Shown: positions 12,501-21,057, numbered from the stretch's first letter. The stretch: DNA of 64,000 nucleotides from Clostridiales bacterium (GCA_012519315.1 JAAYQM010000082.1:14488-78487), one strand, 5' to 3'. Numbers and translations: made by a program. Notes: a model not told the origin generated them from the letters alone.

Positions 12501-13633
12501 GCCTTCATTTGCGTGCCAAGCTGTTTTGAGGCATATACAAATTTATCAAAGGGCCATTTCGGGAATTTAACCACGGCATAATCGACTACCGGCTCGAAAA
12601 ATGCACAGGTTTTTCCGGTTATTTCATTCTTTATTTCACCAAGGTTGTATCCGACAGCAATTTTTGCCGCAATTCTAGCAATGGGATAGCCGGTCGCCTT
12701 AGAAGCGAGAGCGGAGGAACGGGATACCCTAGGGTTAACCTCGATAACGGCATACTCAAAGTTGTCCGGGTTTAAGGCAAACTGACAGTTGCATCCCCCT
12801 TTAATATCAAGCTTTGTAATAATCCTCAGCGCAGACGAACGCAGCATCTGATATTCCACATCGGAAAGGGTCATAGCCGGTGCAACAACAATGCTGTCCC
12901 CGGTATGCACCCCCACCGGGTCAAAGTTTTCCATTGAGCAAACGGTAAGCACATTACCGAGATTGTCACGGACAACCTCAAACTCAATTTCCTTCCATCC
13001 CGCAACACTTCGTTCTGCCAGTATCTGATGAATCGGGGAGAGGCGAATGCCGTTTGATGCAATCAGACGCAATTCCTCTTCGTTTGATGCAATACCCCCG
13101 CCCGTGCCGCCAAGGGTGAAGGCGGGACGTATTATAATCGGATAGCCAACCGCCTCGGCAAAGTCAAGAGCCTCCTCGACGGTAGTGGCGATAACAGAAG
13201 GAATGCAGGGCTCTCCGATGCTCTCCATAGCCTCTTTAAATAGCTTTCGATCCTCCGCCATATCGATGGTTTCAGGGGAGGTTGAGAGCAGTCGAACTCC
13301 TTGCTCGGCAAGAAATCTGCTTTTCGCAAGCTCCATTGAAAGATTAAGACCCGTTTGTCCGCCGAAGGAGGGAAGGATGCTGTCCGGACGCTCCTTAATG
13401 ATAATGCGCTTGATTATATCAAGATCCAGGGGTTCGATGTAAATATGGTCGGCAAGCTCGCTGTCCGTCATGATGGTAGCAGGATTTGAGTTGATCAAAA
13501 CCACCTCGATACCCTCCTCCCGCATGGCACGGCAGGCCTGGGTTCCGGCATAATCAAACTCTGCTGCCTGTCCGATAACAATCGGACCGGAGCCGATAAT
13601 AAGAACTTTCTTTATACTTTTATCGAGCGGCAT
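9599..13633 (-). CDS. carB: carbamoyl-phosphate synthase large subunit fused in frame to a C-terminal diaminopimelate-epimerase-like domain
   Basis: 1344 aa against ~1060-1070 for ordinary CarB. Residues 1-1058 are a complete CarB: two ATP-grasp halves plus an MGS-like domain ending ...SPSSVELVDINN. Residues ~1059-1344 (coordinates 9599-10459) read MREKRRKLPFIKYSGIGNDYIYFD...SLGNPHCVTF...WERGNGETLACGTGACAAAVAAV, i.e. DapF-like. Confidence 0.9.
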   Translation of the reverse strand: MPLDKSIKKVLIIGSGPIVIGQAAEFDYAGTQACRAMREEGIEVVLINSNPATIMTDSELADHIYIEPLDLDIIKRIIIKERPDSILPSFGGQTGLNLSMELAKSRFLAEQGVRLLSTSPETIDMAEDRKLFKEAMESIGEPCIPSVIATTVEEALDFAEAVGYPIIIRPAFTLGGTGGGIASNEEELRLIASNGIRLSPIHQILAERSVAGWKEIEFEVVRDNLGNVLTVCSMENFDPVGVHTGDSIVVAPAMTLSDVEYQMLRSSALRIITKLDIKGGCNCQFALNPDNFEYAVIEVNPRVSRSSALASKATGYPIARIAAKIAVGYNLGEIKNEITGKTCAFFEPVVDYAVVKFPKWPFDKFVYASKQLGTQMKATGEVMAIGASFEEALMKAVRGAEISLDCLRSSSVQKLDDQQLLESISKPTDMRLFYIFEALRRDFSTDEIYEITKIDRWFLSKLNRLISIERELESSPLDDDLYMRAKRLGYLDSTIERLSGQKIKNPAHGVYRTVDTCAAEFSATTPYFYGSFMGENEALNYKTGKKTVVVFGSGPIRIGQGIEFDYSAVHCVRTLRRLGYETVIVNNNPETVSTDYDTADRLYFEPLTNEDVMHIINTEKPIGVVVAFGGQTAIKLTNFLAKQGVNILGTSADSIDAAEDRERFDALLESLNIKRPKGLNVRTKPEALTAANTLGYPVLIRPSYVLGGQNMIIAWSDSDIEEYLDIILASKIDNPILIDKYMSGIELDIDAICDGEDILIPGIMEHIERAGIHSGDSIAVYPPYNIDPRMIDTIVNQTAKIATALKVRGLVNIQYLVYDSELYVIEVNPRASRTVPYISKVTKIPMVDLAVRACLGEKLTDMGYGTGLAKTPPYTAVKVPVFSFEKLVGVDAHLGPEMKSTGEVLGIGSVFEEALYKGLVAAGCNLNRRGGVLFTVRNLDKSEVADLARKYAALGFDLYATAGTAQELRGAGLIVKTVKKLHEGEDNILRLIESGKLSYVISTSARGRLPTADSVKIRRKALEHSIPCLTSIDTANAVADSLLSRYSPSSVELVDINNMREKRRKLPFIKYSGIGNDYIYFDCRDDKLKISSPEALAIRLSNRHFSIGADGVVLITDSKVADVGMRIYNRDGSEGRMAGNATRCVAKYLYDQGFTRSNIVTIETLSGIKEVELHILHGEVIAATTNMGAPEFSPAAIPVLYDGAQMINSPLVIGDKEYRVTALSLGNPHCVTFLDELSSLDIETIGPLFERHQVFPQRVNAEFATVIKRNVLKVRVWERGNGETLACGTGACAAAVAAVENGYCDKGKDITVRLPGGDLRVKYTGETIYLSGNAEKTFEGFVEV

Positions 13634-14717
13634 TCTTTTTGCCCTCCTTCATTAAACCGATAAAACGATCAAAAAGAAAACGTGTGTCATGAGGGCCTGC
13701 CGCCGCTTCAGGATGAAATTGAACGGTGAAAGCATTATATGCAGGATAGTCGATTCCCTCGCAGGTTTTATCGTTTGCGTTAATGAAGCTCACCTGCATA
13801 TCGGAGCTTGTGGGAATTGAATTGTTAATAACGGCATAGCCGTGGTTTTGGCTTGTTATATATAATTTCCCAGTTTTGATGTCCTCAACCGGCTGATTTG
13901 TCCCTCGATGACCATATTTTAATTTTTCCGTCTTTGCGCCCATGGTAAGTGCTAACAGCTGATGACCAAGACAAATGCCAAAGGTGGGGATCCGATGCTT
14001 GATAAGGTGACGCAGCTGCTCTATGCACTCGGTATTATCCGCCGGATTGCCGGGACCGTTGGATAATAAAATGCCGTCAGGATTCAGTGCAAGGATTTCC
14101 TCGGCGGTGGTGCTGGCAGGCAGAACAATCACCTCGCATCCCCTTTCACAAAGGCAACGGCTTATGGCTCTCTTTGCACCGTAGTCAATCAAGGCTACTT
14201 TAAACTGCGCATCCTTGCTTTTGCAGGTATACGCCTGTGTGCAGGAAACCGCCTCAGCCGCTTTTGTGATTTTATGCTGTTTTAGAGCCGCAAGCTCATT
14301 TTCGGAAAGATAAGGAACATATGATATTCTGCCGTTCATCACCCCGTGCTCGCGTACAAGCTTTGTTATAGAGCGAGTATCCGCTCCGCTGATGCCAACA
14401 ATCCCGTGGGTCTTGAGATAATCCTCAAGCTTTCCCTCGCAGCGAAAATTAGAGGGCTCATCACACAGATCATAGACAACATAGGCTTTCAGGCGGGGAT
14501 GGCGGCTCTCCGCATCCTCGCTGATGAGACCGTAATTGCCGATCTGGGGAAAGGTTTGTACAACGATTTGACCGTAATAGCTCGGGTCGGTCAGAGTTTC
14601 CATATATCCGGTCATGCCGGTTGTAAAAACAACCTCTCCGGTTACCTCTGCACGAGCGCCAATGCTTTTACCGCCAAAAACCGCACCGTTTTCGAGTATC
14701 AGGAAGATATTATTCAT
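13620..14717 (-). CDS. carA: carbamoyl-phosphate synthase small (glutaminase) subunit
   Basis: GMTGYMETLTDPSYYGQIV, GICLGHQLL, NHGYAV. The stop overlaps the carB start by 14 nt. Confidence 0.95.
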   Translation of the reverse strand: MNNIFLILENGAVFGGKSIGARAEVTGEVVFTTGMTGYMETLTDPSYYGQIVVQTFPQIGNYGLISEDAESRHPRLKAYVVYDLCDEPSNFRCEGKLEDYLKTHGIVGISGADTRSITKLVREHGVMNGRISYVPYLSENELAALKQHKITKAAEAVSCTQAYTCKSKDAQFKVALIDYGAKRAISRCLCERGCEVIVLPASTTAEEILALNPDGILLSNGPGNPADNTECIEQLRHLIKHRIPTFGICLGHQLLALTMGAKTEKLKYGHRGTNQPVEDIKTGKLYITSQNHGYAVINNSIPTSSDMQVSFINANDKTCEGIDYPAYNAFTVQFHPEAAAGPHDTRFLFDRFIGLMKEGKKNAAR

Positions 14718-14953
14718 ATAAAAGTGCCTTTCCGGTATCCAAAATACATAATTTTCAGCAAAGAAGGTTTAACTGTCCTCAGATAAACCTTCTTTGCGTT
14801 ATCTTAATCCTTATCAATTATCCATTATACCATAAGCAAGCTTCGAAAGAAAGTAAAATTGCAAAAAAATAAGGATTATTTTCTTAATTTGTCGCAGCTT
14901 ACTGTAATTGTTACAATTAAAAAACGTGTTTTTATAAAAAAGCACCTATGAGA

Positions 14954-15532
14954 TCACATCTCATAGGTGCGGAGAATGTCCTCGGCAATGCGGCGTTTGG
15001 AAACGCGCATATCCATTGCCTGCTTTTCGATATGCCGATGTGCCATAGGTTCGGTCATGCCAAGATATTGAATCAACACGCATTTTGCACGATCTACCAT
15101 GCGGATTTCATCTATCTTGCTTTTTAATGTATTGTTTTCAAAACGAAGATTGTTCAGCCGGTTATGCAGAGCTGTCATAAGCCGCAATGTATGCAAGAAG
15201 GCTTGACGGGAAAGGGGTTTTTCCAAAACCGCGATCCCCTTTTCTTCATATCTATATAAAATCTCATCATACCGCTCTGTATGGACAATCAAAATCACAC
15301 AAGCGCCCGTTTCGGCAACAATCTTCTCGGAAAGCTCAAGCCCAGATTCGTCGGAAAGAGGCATGTTGATGACGATGATATCATAGTCCTCCGTGAAGAC
15401 AATCTGACGTGCCTCTCCCCCGCTCAGTGCGGTAATGATCTCATAATTTGAAGTTGACTCGATCAAATTGTACAACAAATCACAGCCCTTGCCCGCCTCT
15501 GATACGATTAACACCCGTTTCAAAGATATCAC
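14954..15532 (-). CDS. ANTAR-domain antiterminator with an atypical (probably non-phosphorylatable) receiver domain
   Basis: N-terminal REC-like fold plus C-terminal ANTAR pattern VDRAKCVLIQYLGMTEPMAHRHIEKQAMDMRVSKRRIAEDIL. The acidic pocket is SE rather than DD. The segment DIIVINMPLSDESG has no Asp at the expected acceptor position. Confidence 0.8.
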   Translation of the reverse strand: MISLKRVLIVSEAGKGCDLLYNLIESTSNYEIITALSGGEARQIVFTEDYDIIVINMPLSDESGLELSEKIVAETGACVILIVHTERYDEILYRYEEKGIAVLEKPLSRQAFLHTLRLMTALHNRLNNLRFENNTLKSKIDEIRMVDRAKCVLIQYLGMTEPMAHRHIEKQAMDMRVSKRRIAEDILRTYEM

Positions 15533-15759
15533 CCGCCTTACAAATAATATGATCTCTCGTCCTTGTCTCTGCTGCTTTACTCGATTGTGCCTTCAAAATT
15601 CCTTTATATATCTTTGCAACTATATTGTACCATTCCCTCGCGTCATAATCAAGTTAATTTGTCAGCATTCTGCGACAAACTTGTCGCCCGTCTTTTGTCG
15701 AACGTATAGTTCTTTAATAAATAGGCAGATATTTTTTCAAAAAAAATGAAAACAAACTC

Positions 15760-15788
15760 TTGACAAAAAACACACAAATGTGTATAAT
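15760..15788 (+). promoter_or_regulatory. consensus sigma-A promoter of glnA
   Basis: TTGACA (15760-15765), 17-nt spacer, TG-extended TATAAT (15783-15788). Confidence 0.7.
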
Positions 15789-15796
15789 TCTCATAT

Positions 15797-15837
15797 CAGC
15801 AACGGCGCTGCAGTAAAGGGATCTGCGGCGCTTTTTT
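15797..15837 (+). promoter_or_regulatory. ANTAR-type dual hexaloop hairpins overlapping an intrinsic terminator in the glnA leader
   Basis: P1 is CAGC-[AACGGC]-GCTG (15797-15810). P2 is CAGT-[AAAGGG]-A(T)CTG (15811-15825). Both loops have A at position 1 and G at position 4. The competing terminator is GCGCTGCAG (15805-15813) / CTGCGGCGC (15823-15831) plus TTTTTT. Confidence 0.65.
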
Positions 15838-15880
15838 GTATTGATGCACACTTTAATCAATAAGGAGATAGAAAAACCCA

Positions 15881-17977
15881 ATGTCTGTTTATGCAAAAAA
15901 CATACCGGAGATATTTGGCAGCATGGTTTTCAGCGACAAAGTCATGCGTGAAAAGTTGCCAAGAGATACTTACAAAGCGCTGAAAAAAACAATTGAAAAA
16001 GGCTCCCTTCTTACAACTGAGGTAGCCAACGCCGTTGCCGCCGCCATGAAGGAATGGGCGCTCGAAAAGGGCGCAACCCATTTTACACACTGGTTTCAGC
16101 CCTTGACCGGCATCACCGCCGAAAAGCATGACAGCTTTATCGAACAGTCGAACGGATCTGTTATTATGGAGTTTACTGGCAAGGCGCTGATTCAGGGAGA
16201 GCCTGACGCCTCCTCCTTCCCATCAGGCGGATTGAGAGCCACCTTTGAAGCAAGAGGATACACTACCTGGGACCCCTCATCCTATGCCTTTATTAAAGAA
16301 AAAACACTTTACATTCCTACAGCCTTTTGCTCCTACAGCGGTCAGGTTCTTGACAAAAAAACCCCTCTTCTCCGCTCGATGGAGGCACTTGAGAGGCAGG
16401 TGCTCAGAATATTGGCATTGTTTGGCAGTGTTGAGGGAGTTTCTGTAAAAACAACGGTGGGCGCCGAGCAGGAGTATTTCCTTATTGACAAGAGCATGTA
16501 TGAAAAGCGCAAGGATCTGAGAATGTGCGGCAGAACACTCTTTGGCGCCAAGCCACCTAAGGGGCAGGAGCTTGAGGACCATTATTTCGGCTCCATCAAA
16601 ACCCGGGTGAAAAATTTTATGGAAGATCTGAATCAGGAGCTATGGAAGCTTGGAATCGCCACAAAAACAGAACATAACGAAGTCGCCCCCGGTCAGCATG
16701 AGCTGGCGCCGATCTTCACCACCACCAATATTGCGTGCGACCACAATCAGCTTACCATGGAAATGATGAAGAAGGTCGCTGCAAGACACGACCTTGTCTG
16801 TCTCTTGCATGAAAAGCCCTTTGCCGGCGTCAACGGAAGCGGCAAGCACAACAACTGGTCGATCTCAAGCTCAGCGAACGGTAATCTGTTTGAGCCGGGA
16901 GACTCCCCGGAGAAGAACGCACAGTTTCTCCTCTTTTTGTCGGCGGTTATTAAGGCGGTTGACAATTATGCCGATCTTTTGCGTGTGTCGGTATCGACGG
17001 CGAGCAATGATCACCGTCTGGGCGCCAGTGAGGCACCTCCCGCCATTGTTTCCATCTTCCTCGGCACAGAGCTGACAGCTATTCTCGAGTCTATTGAAAA
17101 CGGCAATTGCTATGATAAAAAATGCGAATCGGTGATGGATATCGGCGTTTCTGTTCTTCCCCATTTCCCTAAAGACAATACCGACCGCAACCGGACCTCC
17201 CCGTTTGCCTTCACCGGTAATAAATTCGAATTTAGAATGGTTGGGTCCTCCCTTTCCATTGCCGATGCAAACATTGTAATAAATACCATTGTTGCAGAGG
17301 AGCTTTCGAAGTTTGCCGACATTTTGGAGAAGACCGACGATTTGAATGCCGCTATTACCGAAATTGTGCGTACCACCTATAAAAACCATAAACGCATTAT
17401 TTTCAACGGAGATGGTTATTCTGCCGAATGGCAGGAGGAGGCGGAACGGCGCAATTTATGCAATTTTAAAACGGCCTATGAAGCCATTCCCCGTTTTAAG
17501 GATGAGAAAAACATTGCTTTGTTTACAAAGCATATGATTTTTACCAAGGAGGAAATAGAATCCCGCTGCGAGGTCATGCTTGAGAATTATATCAAAACGA
17601 TTAACATAGAGGCATTGACCATGCTGGATATGGTAAAGAAGGATATTCTTCCGGCGGCCGCCGCCTATGTCGGTGATCTTACCGATAATGTCTTGAAGAA
17701 AAAAACTCTCGGCATCGGCACATGCGAGTATGAAAGCAGTCTTATTTCCAAGCTTTCCGGTCTATCCGACCTTCTGTACCGCAAGAGCGGGGAGCTTGAT
17801 CTTCTGCTTATCGAGGCGAGGAGTATTGAACAGACAGAGGCGAAGGCTCAATATTACGGGAAAACAATATTTGAAAAAATGTGCGAAATACGCATGGCCG
17901 CCGACGAAATTGAGTCGTTGACCGCTTCAAAATACTGGCCTTATCCGGTTTACAGCGACATTCTTTTCAGTGTCTGA
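15881..17977 (+). CDS. glnA: glutamine synthetase, type III
   Basis: 698 aa. N-terminus MSVYAKNIPEIFGSMVFSDKVMREKLPRDTYKALKKTIEKG and EHNEVAPGQHELAPIF are typical of GSIII. AAGGAG SD present. Confidence 0.92.
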   Translation: MSVYAKNIPEIFGSMVFSDKVMREKLPRDTYKALKKTIEKGSLLTTEVANAVAAAMKEWALEKGATHFTHWFQPLTGITAEKHDSFIEQSNGSVIMEFTGKALIQGEPDASSFPSGGLRATFEARGYTTWDPSSYAFIKEKTLYIPTAFCSYSGQVLDKKTPLLRSMEALERQVLRILALFGSVEGVSVKTTVGAEQEYFLIDKSMYEKRKDLRMCGRTLFGAKPPKGQELEDHYFGSIKTRVKNFMEDLNQELWKLGIATKTEHNEVAPGQHELAPIFTTTNIACDHNQLTMEMMKKVAARHDLVCLLHEKPFAGVNGSGKHNNWSISSSANGNLFEPGDSPEKNAQFLLFLSAVIKAVDNYADLLRVSVSTASNDHRLGASEAPPAIVSIFLGTELTAILESIENGNCYDKKCESVMDIGVSVLPHFPKDNTDRNRTSPFAFTGNKFEFRMVGSSLSIADANIVINTIVAEELSKFADILEKTDDLNAAITEIVRTTYKNHKRIIFNGDGYSAEWQEEAERRNLCNFKTAYEAIPRFKDEKNIALFTKHMIFTKEEIESRCEVMLENYIKTINIEALTMLDMVKKDILPAAAAYVGDLTDNVLKKKTLGIGTCEYESSLISKLSGLSDLLYRKSGELDLLLIEARSIEQTEAKAQYYGKTIFEKMCEIRMAADEIESLTASKYWPYPVYSDILFSV

Positions 17978-18147
17978 TCCGACCGTACATATGTTCTATT
18001 GCATTTTTAATATTAATTTGATATAATATAAAAAATGTACTTGATTTTGAAGATTTTCGCTCAGCTTGACATTATAATTTTTATGTCATTCTGGGCGAAA
18101 ACTAATCATATCCGCATTAATCTCTGAAAAAGGACTTTGGTGATACT

Positions 18148-19095
18148 ATGCCTATTAAAATACCCCTTGCACTGCCTGCGCGCGAAACGCTTGAGAGTGA
18201 GTATATATTTGTTATGGATGAGCTTCGCGCCCTTCATCAGGACATTCGTCCTCTTAAGATTGCCATCCTTAACCTGATGCCAACAAAAATAACGACCGAA
18301 ACACAGCTTATCAGACTTTTGTCAAACACTCCTCTGCAGATAGACCTGACCCTTCTTCACACCGAAACATATCGCGGAAAAAACACCTCGGTTGAGCATA
18401 TGGAGGCCTTTTACAAAAGCTACAGCGATGTGAAAAAAATGAAGTTTGATGGGTTGATTATCACCGGTGCGCCGGTGGAAAACCTTGATTATACCGAAGT
18501 AAGCTACTGGGATGAGCTGTGCGAGATTATGAACTGGACAAAGACCAATGTCTACTCCACCTTTTATATCTGCTGGGCGGCACAGGCCGGGCTTTACTAT
18601 CACTATGGCGTGGAAAAACACAGCCTGCCCAAAAAGATTTTCGGAGTTTTTGAGCATCGGGTTTTAAACTTTAAGCATCCCCTTCTGCGCGGATTTGACG
18701 AGATTTTCATGGCGCCCCATTCCCGCCATACCGAAATACGCTCAGAGGATCTGCTGGCCACCGGTCAGATCGACATCCTGTCCGACTCTCCCCACGCCGG
18801 CGTATATATTGCCGCATCCAAGGATTGCCGCCAGTTTTTTGTAACCGGTCACTCTGAATATGATTATGACACCCTTTCTCACGAGTATTTTCGCGATTTG
18901 AATCGGGGGCTTGATATTGAAATGCCATACAACTATTTCCCGGACAATGACCCCACAAAGAAACCGATCAATATCTGGCGAGGACACGCGAACCTGTTGT
19001 TCTCAAACTGGCTTAATTATTTCGTTTATCAAAGAACGCCTTATGATATTGAAAAAATCGGGGAAAAAAACAATGATTGTCCTTTCTTTGGTTGA
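18148..19095 (+). CDS. metA: homoserine O-acyltransferase (MetA family)
   Basis: [23 protein letters not shown]...[26 protein letters not shown], plus the CWAAQ and HSRHTE motifs. Confidence 0.92.
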   Translation: MPIKIPLALPARETLESEYIFVMDELRALHQDIRPLKIAILNLMPTKITTETQLIRLLSNTPLQIDLTLLHTETYRGKNTSVEHMEAFYKSYSDVKKMKFDGLIITGAPVENLDYTEVSYWDELCEIMNWTKTNVYSTFYICWAAQAGLYYHYGVEKHSLPKKIFGVFEHRVLNFKHPLLRGFDEIFMAPHSRHTEIRSEDLLATGQIDILSDSPHAGVYIAASKDCRQFFVTGHSEYDYDTLSHEYFRDLNRGLDIEMPYNYFPDNDPTKKPINIWRGHANLLFSNWLNYFVYQRTPYDIEKIGEKNNDCPFFG

Positions 19096-19111
19096 TCGGC
19101 AGAATATCTGC

Positions 19112-19140
19112 TTGACCTGTGACGAAAAAAAACGTATAAT
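19112..19140 (+). promoter_or_regulatory. candidate sigma-A promoter upstream of the M23 peptidase gene
   Basis: TTGACC (19112-19117), 17-nt spacer, TATAAT (19135-19140). The -10 element lies inside the palindrome. Confidence 0.5.
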
Positions 19141-19174
19141 GTATCTGTGATATATCACAGATACATTATACGTT
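19131..19174. repeat. perfect 44-bp palindrome (22+22, no spacer)
   Basis: AACGTATAATGTATCTGTGATA|TATCACAGATACATTATACGTT, preceded by an A8 run. Confidence 0.95.
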
Positions 19175-19273
19175 AAATCTTGCTGACTCAATTGTTTGCG
19201 CAAGGCTGTGAGCTTTCGGGCAATTTTCACATATTTTAAATTTGCCAGAAGTAATTGAAAGGAATGTCAAAAA

Positions 19274-20893
19274 ATGAAAAGCAGATTCATTGCTGTTTTA
19301 TGTATATTGGCGCTGTTTATCCCCACATATGTCGCAGTTGTCGCCTATATATCCGAGCAAAACGCTCCTCTTGATATCAAAAAAATCGATAGAATTGAAA
19401 TCAATGATCTTCATCAGAATGTGTTTGAGTATACGCTGGACACGGACGGCAAGGAAATGATAGACTTTATGCACCGGCTGAACGAACAGGCAACCGTTGT
19501 TTCAGCCCTGCCCGATCAGCTGACGGGTAGCAATTTCTTTAAAATTTCCTATTTTAGCGGGAATAAAGAGGCAATTTATAAATACTACCTTTCCCTTTCC
19601 ACTACCGAATCTTATTTTCTTGACGACAAGGGAACAGTTTATAGAATCAATGCCGAGGATGCCGCTCAGCTTGTTACTTTAGAGTGTATGCAGAGTCTTT
19701 ATTCCGCCTCTGTCCCTCCTGTTTTATTTACCTCGGAGGATACGCAGATTACCCCGAAATCGATCGGTTGGAATTATAGGAATCTATCCGATGATTATAC
19801 CCCCTCTGCCAAGCTCAAAACAGAATCCTCTGTTTCAACCTATACTATGCTGGGGGATATCGATTTTGACTTTTCTATTGAGCCGGATATGCTTACCGCC
19901 AAGATTTATAAGGGGGATGAGCTTATCTATGACGGCATTTACAGCGACTTTACAGGGTTTTCGATCTCCGAACGCTCCTCCTACAACATCCTTTTGAATG
20001 CCAAATGGTATCAGGACGCAACCCGTGACTATTACGGTCAGGCAACCTATGAATTTATAGCCGATATCTCGGCGCCGGCCACCTTCCATTTGGGTAAAAC
20101 GTCTATCGAGCCGGGAGAGTTCGTTGTTCTTACCGGTCTTAACGTAACCGACATATCAAAGTTAAAATTTACCGCAAATCCGCCGATAACCCATGAATCA
20201 AAAACCTTTGAGCCGGTCTTTTTCACCGATGGGAAATATGTTCGCGCCCTTATTCCCACCACCTATGAAAGCACGGAGTCAAGCTATGAGCTAACTGTTG
20301 AATATGGCGCCATCAAGCAAACCCTTACCTTAAACATGGAGCCGAGAACTTTTGGATCAAGCATTATTTCCCCCACTACCGATATACTTAACAAAACCCG
20401 TACTCCCCAGACAATAGCTGCCTTTGAGCAGGCAATGGCGTCGATTGTCTCTACCGGAGAGGGAACACGTTATTGGGACGGTAAATTCATAGAGGCATTG
20501 AAAAACGGTGTAATCAGAGCCGGATACGGTCGTTATCGCACCATTACCACAAACAATGATGTTTATCGCCATAACGGCGTTGATTATGCCGTCAATGTCG
20601 GAACAGATGTTTTTGCAGTTAATGACGGAAAGGTTGTTTATACCGGCGTATTCGATTATACCGGAAATATTGTGGTGATTGAGCATGGCTACGGACTCAA
20701 GAGCTGGTACGCTCATCTCAGCAAAATATCTGTTAACGTTGGAGACATTGTTAAAAAAGGCGATGTTATCGGAAAGAGCGGGGATACCGGATTTGTCGAT
20801 TTTCCTGTTGCTCATATTGGTCTGTCCGTCCTTGATTTCCCTGTTTGTCAATATGCTCTTTGGGAAGAAGAGATACCCTTTCTTAATGACTGA
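19274..20893 (+). CDS. membrane-anchored M23/LytM-domain protein (HxH motif degenerate)
   Basis: N-terminal TM FIAVLCILALFIPTYVAVVAYI. C-terminal LytM domain RHNGVDYAV (HxxxD) ... GDTGFVDFPVAHIGLSV, with HIG in place of HxH. Confidence 0.8.
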   Translation: MKSRFIAVLCILALFIPTYVAVVAYISEQNAPLDIKKIDRIEINDLHQNVFEYTLDTDGKEMIDFMHRLNEQATVVSALPDQLTGSNFFKISYFSGNKEAIYKYYLSLSTTESYFLDDKGTVYRINAEDAAQLVTLECMQSLYSASVPPVLFTSEDTQITPKSIGWNYRNLSDDYTPSAKLKTESSVSTYTMLGDIDFDFSIEPDMLTAKIYKGDELIYDGIYSDFTGFSISERSSYNILLNAKWYQDATRDYYGQATYEFIADISAPATFHLGKTSIEPGEFVVLTGLNVTDISKLKFTANPPITHESKTFEPVFFTDGKYVRALIPTTYESTESSYELTVEYGAIKQTLTLNMEPRTFGSSIISPTTDILNKTRTPQTIAAFEQAMASIVSTGEGTRYWDGKFIEALKNGVIRAGYGRYRTITTNNDVYRHNGVDYAVNVGTDVFAVNDGKVVYTGVFDYTGNIVVIEHGYGLKSWYAHLSKISVNVGDIVKKGDVIGKSGDTGFVDFPVAHIGLSVLDFPVCQYALWEEEIPFLND

Positions 20894-20909
20894 TAGTATT
20901 CGATGATTG

Positions 20910-20958
20910 CACCCCCGCAAAGGACCTTAAGCGGTCTTTTGCGGGGGTGTCTGTTTTG
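20910..20958 (+). terminator. intrinsic terminator after the M23 gene
   Basis: CACCCCCGCAAAGGACC...GGTCTTTTGCGGGGGTG followed by TCTGTTTTG. Confidence 0.8.
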
Positions 20959-20988
20959 CTTTCGCTTCCGCATAAAGCGGTGTCCTCA

Positions 20989-21025
20989 CAAAAAATGAGC
21001 ACACAAACCGCGTTTGTGTGCTCAT
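20989..21025 (-). terminator. intrinsic terminator after cysS
   Basis: ATGAGCACACAAAC-CGC-GTTTGTGTGCTCAT, with a U-run on the minus strand (A-run 20990-20995). Confidence 0.8.
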
Positions 21026-21057
21026 ATAAATCTGTTGGTCTTTAGTAAAATGGTGTC

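Noticed and set aside
9863-13442. Numerous 60-150-aa ORFs on both strands inside carB (e.g. 11315..11728, 11792..12250, 11878..12231)
   Set aside because: All are embedded in the continuous, strongly conserved carB frame. They are typical antisense or off-frame shadows.
14761-14794. Hairpin AAGAAGGTTTA...TAAACCTTCTT upstream of carA, considered as a PyrR-type attenuator
   Set aside because: No PyrR-binding loop consensus and no clear U-tract. It may just be a weak terminator for the upstream ANTAR gene.
18054-18100. Long hairpin (TTTTCGCTCAG...CTGGGCGAAAA) upstream of metA, considered as a SAM riboswitch, Met T-box or terminator
   Set aside because: No SAM-I/II or T-box conserved blocks are present, and there is no U-tract on either side. 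Left uncalled.
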